DNA of 64,000 nt, taken from the IMG/VR virus record IMGVR_UViG_3300044701_001468, one strand, 5' to 3'. This document shows, piece after piece, positions 1 through 10,000 of the stretch; positions within the stretch are counted from its first letter, which is position 1; each line of letters begins with the position of its first letter. A program made the translations under genes and the position numbers. This stretch comes from a virus. The notes beneath the pieces were generated by a model that saw only the letters and a list, made by a program, of their open reading frames with translations, did not search any database and was not told the origin of the DNA.

Positions 1-3000
1 TCCTGTAATAATATTGCCATATTCTGTGTGGAAAATATCACTATTTTTAGATGTGATGTTATATTCTATAATTTCTCTGTTGTCGGTAGTTGTGTTGTTA
101 GCAATTACAATAATTTTTATTCCAGATTCGATAGTGGGATTGTATAGTGTAGTTAATCCAGAATTTGTTGCGCCTCTAGTTAAAACAAGCTCAGATGTTG
201 AAATTTTAACATCATCTAATTCAAAGGTTTTTAATTCATTATCTAAAACTTTGATGTAACTACTACTATTTGTTGAATATAATTTATTTACTAAAATATC
301 ACCAGTATTTGTAAATCTGATCAAAGTATCATTTGTTAATCCAGATGATAGAGAAATATCTAAATTTGTTCTGGTTGTTAAAAATTTGGTAGTTGTAGTT
401 CCTGTGGTATCTAAAGTTGCCGCTAAATTATTAAAAGTTACCGTACTTACATCTAAATCTAAATTATTATTTGTTGATGTTATGGTATCAATTGTTTTGA
501 AATTTAATGCAGTCGTAGTTAATTCTAACGTGTTTGATCCGTTATTATAAAAATATAAAATATTTTCATTAGCACCTGGCGCAGATTCTGGAATAATGTA
601 GGTATTACCATCTACGTCTCTAACTCCCCCCAAACTAGTCCAATTAGTCCCGTTATATCCTTCAAATTGAGTAAATGAAGTGCTATATCTTATTGAACCA
701 GTAGATGGGCTTCCTCTTTCTAGAGTAGTGCCAGATGGAAGAACTAAAGATGTGGTTGAATTTATCGATACTTTTTTGCCAGCAAATGGTGAAATATTGA
801 TATCATCATCCACTGAAGAAATAGTATTTGATGCAATCTTTAATTTATCGCTATAATAAGTATCAACATTAAAATTTATTCTGGTTGAATTGGCAAAAGT
901 TATTGGACCATAAATTTTTCTAATCCATAATAATGTTACTCCGCCATTTGTAGCCGTTCCAGAAGTGTGTGATGGACTGCTATTGCCAGAAGTTCCTGCA
1001 ACCGTAACTTCGTATACATTTTCTCCATAATAAACAAGATCATTCAGAGCGTATGGGGTAGTGATTTGCCATAAAAGAACACCACTTAAATTAGAAGAAG
1101 TGATAGTATTTACATTTTGGAAATTAAATTCTAATGGAGATAATTGTAGAGAATTATTTCCTCCATTATAAAAATAAAATGTATCATCATTTGCTCCAGG
1201 AGTTTTTTCTGGAATAATATAAGTATTTCCATCAATATCTCTAACTCCTCCTAAAGAAGCCCACGCTAAACTGGAAGCATTATATCCTTCATATTGTCCG
1301 ACAGAAGTATTGAATCTGATTGAACCAGAAACAGCATCTAAAGGTCTTTGTAGAGTGGTTCCAGCAGGAACTTTAAATGAAGATGTAGCATTAACAAATA
1401 CAGATTTGTTAGAATCTGGTTGGATAGTTATTCCAACACCATTTCCAGTTAATGGTACATCTACAATTTCTTCAATTAATGTGTTGCTTAATTTTAATTT
1501 TTGATTGATAGAAATATAATTATTAGATGTAGCTGGTAAATTAATATTTCCTTTTATATCTAAATTTGCATTATTCAAATCTAACGTGAAAATATCATCT
1601 GTTCCATTATTGACATTCAATACCTTACCAGATCCACCAGTAATATTTAAATTGGTAATTGGATTAAACGTTATTCCTCCCGATACCGATGCTATGGTAT
1701 TTGAAGAAATTGAGATATTTCCTATTGTAGCATTACTAGAAACACCTAATGATTGTAACTGCGAAGAATTTGCTGACAGAGTACTTAAAGATGCTGATCC
1801 GTCTAGAGATAGTGAAATTTTATCTTCGGGCGAAACTGCAGTAATGGAAATGTTGGATAATGTTAATGTGGGTGGAGTACCTGATACAACATTAATAACA
1901 TTTCCTTCGTTGGCGTGAGATGCCCCCTGAACAGCACAATAATAGTATAATGTTGATAGTGTATCTTGAGTAACACTAATTGTTATCGTTTTATTTAATG
2001 TATCGGTTGTTACTCCTGGTGTGTATACCACACCAGTTCCAATTCCCCTTCCGCCATCAGAAACGGTATTAAACTGGAATAAATGGGATACATTACTTCC
2101 ATCACTATAATCAAAAATATACGTGTATCCAATATATAAAGTCAACACTGGTGCTTCTACATAACCCAGTCCATCATTTAAATCCAACCAATACTTATAA
2201 GATCCAGGTAATCCTAAACATTTTACCTTATATCTAAATGGTATTTTTGGAATTAAAACATCACCTAATTGATATCCAACACCACTAGATCTAACGTCTA
2301 CTGACGAAACATTACCTACATTAGATAATGTATATGCAAATCCAGAACCACTTCCAGATGATGCTGTGTTTATTGTGTAAACAAAACCAGATCCAGTTCC
2401 ACCAACATTAGATCTAGCAATACTTAAAGTGTCAGTTGCTTTATAATTAAATCCAACATTAGTTATTGTAAATGATGATACAACATTACTTGTTATTACT
2501 ACGCTTGCTTTTGCTCCATAACCATATCTTCCGCTTGTTCCAGTAGTAATTGTTATATTTGCTCCCATTCCAGGATGAGCTTCACAATCATATCTTAATG
2601 TTGTTCCTGTTGTTGCAGTTGGTAAAATAACAAGATCTACAAATGATCCAGCGGTTCCAGGAGTTCCATTAGTGAAATAAAATACTCCAGCAGGAAGAAG
2701 ACCACCAGTATTACTTCTAATTATAAATGGGTGGGTGTCATTTGAAACACTGGAGGTGTCAAATCTATATGTATTGCCTCTAATTAATGATAATGTTTGT
2801 TGAGTTACTCCATTAATTTGATATACGCTGTTGGGTGGTGGAGTGCCAGGATTTGCTACAGATGTGACTGTATATGTTGTTGTTGGTACATTATAAACAG
2901 GAACATTATTATAAGTGCCATCTGTGTATAAGGTTCCTGGATTCGTAATAGTTCCTACTGGAGTACTAGCTCCAATTATTGTATTACTTGCATTTAAAAT

Positions 3001-3870
3001 ATCGTTTATTAAATATCCATTATTTCCGTTCGATTTTGGTGTTACTGATGAAACTGCATATGGAATTTGATTAATAGTAAACTGAAATCCAGATCCACCG
3101 CTAGTTCCCCCTCCTTGCGATTGAGGAAGAACTAAATCTGCATTAGAAACTGACAGAACATTTCCATTAACATATCCTGTACCACTATTAGTTATGGTAA
3201 CACTAGTTACTCCTTGTCCAACTTGTGATACAACTATAGTTGCTCTGGCTCCATTTCCAGACCCACCACTTAAAGGAACATCAGTATATACAGAAGCCGT
3301 ATAACCAGATCCAGGATTGGTTATAGATCCAACTATTCCGCGAACTACTATATCGGCAGTAGCGCCAGTTCCGCTACCATTACTTAATGGAACATCTGTG
3401 TATGTTCCAGGAACATAACCAGATCCAGCATTGGTTATAGTGCCAGCAAATGGCGATACCTCTAAATCTAGTAGTGCGTTATTTCCAGATCCACCACTAA
3501 CTGCTATGTTTTCGTAAATATTGGCGTAATAATTTCTTCCAGGTATATCAATTGATAATGTATCTATTACTTGACTCTGTACCTTTATATTTTTATAAAA
3601 ATAGGACGAATCAATATCAAATCTTGTTATTTCTTGTCCATAAGATGCTACTGATAATACATTTCCAGTTTTATATAATCCAGTATTTGTTTGGTTAGTG
3701 AAAAATAAAGAAGGAGCACTTCTACTCCCATTGTTTAAAGAAAATGTTCCCGATAAACTACCACCAGCACCCCCGCCAAGATCAAATACATCTTGAGCTA
3801 GTAAATTTATTTTTTGCCTCTGTATTTCAAGAGTATCGGTTAATGCTACATTTCTAAGTACTGCTGGCAT
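1..3870 (-). CDS. Tail fibre-like structural protein, 3' end runs off the window (missing from the ORF track)
   Basis: ATG at 3870 (MPAVLRNVALTDTLEIQRQKINLLAQDVFDL) with an open frame to position 1 (1290 codons read by hand). It is G/S/T/N-rich, with GSGY repeats, cupredoxin-like C-x2-H-x2-M and duplicated GSIRFN...SLGGVRDIDGNTYI domains typical of cyanomyovirus fibres. Confidence 0.85.
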   Translation of the reverse strand, partial: MPAVLRNVALTDTLEIQRQKINLLAQDVFDLGGGAGGSLSGTFSLNNGSRSAPSLFFTNQTNTGLYKTGNVLSVASYGQEITRFDIDSSYFYKNIKVQSQVIDTLSIDIPGRNYYANIYENIAVSGGSGNNALLDLEVSPFAGTITNAGSGYVPGTYTDVPLSNGSGTGATADIVVRGIVGSITNPGSGYTASVYTDVPLSGGSGNGARATIVVSQVGQGVTSVTITNSGTGYVNGNVLSVSNADLVLPQSQGGGTSGGSGFQFTINQIPYAVSSVTPKSNGNNGYLINDILNASNTIIGASTPVGTITNPGTLYTDGTYNNVPVYNVPTTTYTVTSVANPGTPPPNSVYQINGVTQQTLSLIRGNTYRFDTSSVSNDTHPFIIRSNTGGLLPAGVFYFTNGTPGTAGSFVDLVILPTATTGTTLRYDCEAHPGMGANITITTGTSGRYGYGAKASVVITSNVVSSFTITNVGFNYKATDTLSIARSNVGGTGSGFVYTINTASSGSGSGFAYTLSNVGNVSSVDVRSSGVGYQLGDVLIPKIPFRYKVKCLGLPGSYKYWLDLNDGLGYVEAPVLTLYIGYTYIFDYSDGSNVSHLFQFNTVSDGGRGIGTGVVYTPGVTTDTLNKTITISVTQDTLSTLYYYCAVQGASHANEGNVINVVSGTPPTLTLSNISITAVSPEDKISLSLDGSASLSTLSANSSQLQSLGVSSNATIGNISISSNTIASVSGGITFNPITNLNITGGSGKVLNVNNGTDDIFTLDLNNANLDIKGNINLPATSNNYISINQKLKLSNTLIEEIVDVPLTGNGVGITIQPDSNKSVFVNATSSFKVPAGTTLQRPLDAVSGSIRFNTSVGQYEGYNASSLAWASLGGVRDIDGNTYIIPEKTPGANDDTFYFYNGGNNSLQLSPLEFNFQNVNTITSSNLSGVLLWQITTPYALNDLVYYGENVYEVTVAGTSGNSSPSHTSGTATNGGVTLLWIRKIYGPITFANSTRINFNVDTYYSDKLKIASNTISSVDDDINISPFAGKKVSINSTTSLVLPSGTTLERGSPSTGSIRYSTSFTQFEGYNGTNWTSLGGVRDVDGNTYIIPESAPGANENILYFYNNGSNTLELTTTALNFKTIDTITSTNNNLDLDVSTVTFNNLAATLDTTGTTTTKFLTTRTNLDISLSSGLTNDTLIRFTNTGDILVNKLYSTNSSSYIKVLDNELKTFELDDVKISTSELVLTRGATNSGLTTLYNPTIESGIKIIVIANNTTTDNREIIEYNITSKNSDIFHTEYGNIITG

Positions 3871-4075
3871 TTTTTATAAATTCTCTTAAAAGATTTTTAA
3901 TATCTGACAATTCATTTTTTAGATCTTCAACATCATTTTGTAGAGTTTTCAAAGAAGCTCTACTATTTTTCAATTTTTTTGCGTCTTCGAACGCACTATT
4001 ATCAGTATTTATAATAGCTCCAGTAAAACTATCTCTAATTAAATAATCATGATCTATTACTTTTAAATATTCCAT
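3854..4075 (-). CDS. Small coiled-coil protein between the VrlC-like and fibre genes
   Basis: 73-aa ORF abutting both neighbours, with a heptad-like C-terminus. Its position matches cyanomyovirus synteny. Confidence 0.8.
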   Translation of the reverse strand: MEYLKVIDHDYLIRDSFTGAIINTDNSAFEDAKKLKNSRASLKTLQNDVEDLKNELSDIKNLLREFIKNASST

Positions 4076-7000
4076 TAGAAAGTAGCAACCACTCTTACAT
4101 CTTGAATCTTAGGAACAAATACTGGTTGTGAACTTCTCATAACAATTTTTATAGCAAATGACGAAAATTCATTTAAATTGGAAATACTATATTTGTATTC
4201 TTTATATGAATTTTTGTTTTCAATGTATCCAGCGATTGAGTTATCACTTGAAGGAACAACTCTTATGTCTGGTGATCCATCGCCATTAAAATATTCCCAC
4301 CCAAGATCATCAAAATTGAATTGTGAACTTGCTGGTTTAACTTTATACAGCACCTGAATATCATTTTCTTCAAACAGATTTGCAGTTAATTTGACATCTA
4401 ATCCAGTAGAAGAATTTGCTAAAGAAATTTCTTTTGTTACATATTTTGCAATAGTTGAACTATTTTTTAAATTTTCTGAAACATAAAGAATTCCATCTGA
4501 ATATGATATAGATTTAATTTCTAAGAAAGATTGAGTATCTGATGATTGGTTATCATATCCTAAGATATCACCTACTCGGAAAATATCAGTTGCCTGTGAT
4601 GTACTGGTATTACTAAATGGTATTCTTGCGTAAGAAGATCCAGTAGTTGCCGCAGCAGTGTAATTATCATTAATTGGGTTTTTATTGTTGGAAATTTTTA
4701 ATTGTTTTTTCTCAGCATCCCATGATATTACTTTACCACTAATAACATTAGTATATGACTTTGTTAAATCTGTTTTATCCAATGCAACAACACCAGAATT
4801 ATATGGGAATGCGAATTTAATCTCAGTCAAACCATCAGATGAAGTGAATATATTACTTAAAGTTGGTTGAGAAGTAAACACTAATCTTTCACTTGGAGCA
4901 AATAGTATATCTGTGGTTAATTTGATATACAATTCATTTGTAGTTGTATCTAATTTTACCAGAATACCTTGTGCTTTTGAAGTATTTCCAGTTACGATCT
5001 TTTGATTTCCTGCATCTCCAACATTAATTGATGAAATATCAGTTCCAGTTACAACCACTTTATAGATTGGATAGAATTGTAGAATTTGATCTCTTCTACC
5101 AAATCTATACTCTTTGCCAGATGGTTTCTCTACTTGATTGTTTACGAGTTTTACCGAAGCGGCTCTAAGGTCAATAACAGGTGATAGGGTAGAAACATCA
5201 GAATTTAAGTATAACTTATAAGTCAATGATCTATTTTCTACAGAAGAAGAATTTTTGAGTTCGTTAATTCTAGAAGCAAGGACTTTTTGATTGTTGAAAT
5301 AATGAATTTCATTTAAGAAAGTTTTTTCAAATCCATCATTTAAGGTTGTTTGTGAATAATTTGAATAATTTGTGACTGAAGAATCTACTGGAATGATATT
5401 AGTAGTTTTTACTTCTGCATTAATTTTCGTGTTGCTGAAATTTAAATATGATACTTGAGCATATAATTTTTCATATTTTCTGTTATATGTGGCAAGAACT
5501 GAAGAACCGCCACCTACTGCATTTGAAGCAGCACGTAATTCTGGGTTTATATTATAAAATTCGTTTCCAGAATTTATAACTTTAAATAAACGGGTAGTCA
5601 ATACATCGGAGGTAATTCCTCCAACATCAACAACTTTTTTAAAGTTTACATATGATTTGCCAGTATCTTCAAATCCGTTATTTCTGTGGTTAACTTTAAT
5701 AATTTTATTATTGTTACGGAATAACAAAGAAGTTGCTGTGGTATCGGAAAGAGAATCAGTTTCAAAAGGATTCTCGTCTAATAACTCATAACCTAGTTGC
5801 TCATTGGTTAATTCGATAATGCCTTGTTTTGATTTATCAAATTCTGCTCTGTATAATTTAAACTTAATATCTTCAAAAAGATCTTCAGTCCATGTATCTA
5901 CGTTTTGTGATTTGTAAACAGATCCTAAAAGTGGTTGTGAAGTAACTGTCGAATTAGTTGATATTTCTAGTTCGCCAAGTTTAGATGCCCACAATAGATA
6001 ATCTGTAGAATCTGTTTCTACTGCGAATGCATATTCTGTATTATTTTGTAAATAAACAGGGTATTCAAAAGTGAAATGGGATGGTGTAGTTGAATTAGTT
6101 ACTGATGTGGTTCCAGGATCTACTGCAACGCCCATCTTAACTGCTGGTGTATCGATTTCCAATAGTGCTTCTATATCAGCATTAGAAGCAGATAATCCTG
6201 TAGATTTGATAATAACTGCAGGTGGTTCTGTATAACCAGATCCACCAACAACTAATTGTGTATCAAAAATGTTTCCACCAGAAACAGAGCATGTTGCAGA
6301 TGCTGTGGTCCCGCCTAAAAGCTGAGGACTGACAATTTGAAGAGTAGCGGTATCGTAACCAGAACCAGTATTGTTAATTTTTAGACCAACAATTCTTCCA
6401 GAATTTTTGGCAATCGTTACTTTTAATGATGTAGCATTTGCTGCATTGTATGTGTTTAGTGAAGGAATTGATAAAACTTCATTTTGTATGAATGTCTTAC
6501 CATTGTGATTGCTCAATACTAATGTATATACTTGATCGTTTGTTAGAGTATATACTCCAGTTACAGAAGGAATTAGTTTAGTATTATTTCTATCATATAT
6601 CGCTTTGATTGGTCCAGCAGCACCAGAAGACGAACCAGTGACACTTTCTCCCTCTGTTAAGTATAGAGTTCCATTAGTGTAAATTTTTAAGTTGGTGTCT
6701 GGATTCAAAACACATTCGCTACCAGGAACAATATATTTTCCTGGTTTTCCGCTTTCTATGTTAGTTATATAAACTTTAACTGGTATAGTTGAACTCTTTT
6801 TATTAAAGAACAAATCAATGCCAGTTAAAAATACGCCACCATCATAACCTTCAATCATAAATGATTGCGATAATGGATTTGGTGTAGTTTGTGCTTTTGC
6901 ACTTTCTACAAATTGAATACCTTCTTGTGATTTTAATATTGCTGGTGTAGTGGAAATAATCGTCGCTGGTTGTGAAGGTAATGTTCCAGTAGCATAATAT

Positions 7001-10000
7001 TTAACTTCTGTAAATGAATCTACATCACTTGATGTAGAACCAGTCGAATCAGATGTAAATTTGATGGTCTTTATTCCTGTTATGAAAGATAGGGGAGATC
7101 CTTTCTCGCTATCGTAAGAAATTGTATTAACATCTCCAGTCCAAGATGTTCCACTCTGAGGTGGTAACCCAGATGGAATCAATAGCATTCCACTAGCATT
7201 ACCATTTGCATCAGTAGTTAATATATTTCCGAAAGTACTTAATGAATTTCCACCAATTCTAGTATACTTATAGTCAGGTACAACCCATCTGTCAATAGAT
7301 TGTCCATCCATAAAGACATAAAACTTGCTCAATGGTTTCATTCTCTTGATGGTGAAATAAACTGGTACTGATCTACAGAATGTTTGAATCGAGGAAGAAA
7401 CAATATTAGATCCTACGCTTCTAGTAGAAACACCTTGAGCAAGAGAATTATTTTGTGGACTTATATTAGAACTGCTTGCAGTAGTTGCATTTGAAGTGGT
7501 ACTGGTTGATGAGAGAGAAGAAGTATCACTTAATGAGGTTACATTATAAAATACTCTATTAGTTCCTATCCAATTGACAATAAAATTATCAAAGATGCTG
7601 GCAAATCCTTCTCTAGCATCATTTTTTGCATAGAATACTGAGAACACTTTGCTATCATTATCTAAAATTAGTGGTGTTTCTTTTTGATCATACCACTGAT
7701 CAATATTTGGTGTAATTGATGCATCGCCAACATATTGATCAACAACAAATGGATTTGGATTTAGTGTTTTTGTAGCGAATACGTTTTGAATAGCAGTGAC
7801 ATCAGAATATGGTAAAGTGATAACACCATTACTATTTTTATAATTTGCTAATGTTCTTTGCTCATCTCTAGTATTCACTTCCTTAAGTGAATATGAACTT
7901 TCGATTGATCTAGGTCTTAAAGTAGATTGCTGAGTATCAATAGCACATTTATAATCTATTGACGTTAAATTTCCAACCCCATGATTTTCAAAATTATCTA
8001 CAATAAATCCTGTCTTAAATTTATCAGCACCCACATCATCTTTAACTTGCATATTTAAAGCTTGCTGCTCTAATACGCTGAGGAGAGTGTATTGTTCTAG
8101 TCTTTCGATACGCTTTTCTAATTTGCCAATATCGCGCATCGTGTATCGTTTGTTGTCAACTGGAATTATACGAACATCATTTGCTGTGTTCGTATAAGCA
8201 GGAACATACATGTAGTATAATGCCAATGAATCATCGACATCTGCTGGTTTTGTTGGATTTAGAGAAGAATTGCCTTCTTTGACAAAAAATTCTCCTTTTT
8301 TATTTACAAAAACTCCATCAATTCTATCTAGATATTGTCTTGAACTGAAGGAAATTGTGTATTCTAATCCTGTTTCTGTTGCTGGAGTACTCGATGTAAT
8401 TCCACCAGATCCAGTAAAGTTATTGAAATCTTTTACTGAAAGAATAGCAGTATCTTGATAACCACTTACAATGGCGGTAGAATCTACTTTTGGTCTAAAA
8501 TCAAATACATCTCTTAAAGAAATTTTGCCGTAAACATTAGAATTAAATACTGGAATTTCGTTTAATTCTACGCCAGATTCGTGTAGATATGAATCAACTG
8601 TACAAAAATCTCCTTGAGAATGTTCAAAATAATCGAATGAAATAATCAACTGACCAGTTGGAGCAGTATATCCTGGTTTTAAAATGAGGCGCGAAACGTC
8701 ATAGAACGTATCTCTCTGACCATCATCAAAGGAAAATCTTTCTGTTACATCGGTTCCCGTAACTAGTTCTCCTGAAGCTGATACAACTGGAGGAGTCTGT
8801 GATGTTCCTTCATAAATATATCTAATTTTAAATACGTCGGAATATGATAAAATGTCATTACTATTTGTGTCGTAGTTTCTGCCACGAATAGGAACTACTC
8901 TATCTCCAGGAGAAACTATAAGAATTCTTTGATTTCTATATGCTGTTTTTAATCTTGGTCTTGCTTTAGATACTTGTAAGGTTGCAGTTAATTTTAAGAT
9001 GGGGAAATTAGTGCTAGTTCCAAAGAAAGATGATGGTAAAGTGATACTTACACTACCAGCAGTAGTACCATTTGTTGTATCTGTGGTATTTGAGATGGAA
9101 ACTTGACTTTCTTTTAGATATATGATATCTCCTGATTCTAGAGTTGTTGAACTTTTTTTATCTAGAACTGTCATAATAAAATTACTTTCAGTAAAAGAAG
9201 CAAAACGTTGCGTTCCGTATGGCAATTGAGCAGCAAATGTTACATTACCACCACTAGTCGAAGCAGTAGTAACAAAATCTCTTCTGAAATAATATGTAAT
9301 CTTTGAATCTTCCGAATTTAATGCAACATTTTCTAAATATTTGCATCCTGTTGGAACTACTAATGAACCAGTAGATGCATTTCCAATATTTGGTCTAACT
9401 CTAACAATAGATGCATTAGAAACATTTTCTCTGAGAACATTATCGATATAGATTTTAGATTTGATTAATCCTTGTGCTTTTTCTACTCTTTGTACTATTG
9501 TTCTATTAATGTTATTTGCATCATCAGTAAATTGAATAGCATCACCTTGTACAAGACTAGTAGAAGGATCTCCAGCAAATCCATTACACTCTAAATATTT
9601 TAATCCTTTTTTCCCAGAGAACGTGAAGTCAGTTAAGGTTTGATTGGTAATATAAGAACTTAGGAAAGATTCTACATCAGCAGTAAATGTATATGCATCA
9701 CCTGCTCCAAATGTTGATTGTACAGATTTTACATTTTGTGGACTATAATTTGTTACTGTATTTCTGTATAGAACTGCAGCAACTACGCTATTCTGTGTTG
9801 GATTAGTGGATCCAGTATTGAACGAAACTGCTGGCGTAGTAGCATAAGTTTGTGATACTAAATTTCTATCCTTGATAATAATTTTGTAAATGCCTGTCAA
9901 ATAAGTTCCAATTTCGATTGATGAAGTATCATATTCTACTCCATCAATTTTAATTTTAGTAGTAGTTGAAGAGTAACCAGCACCTCTATCCATAACGACG

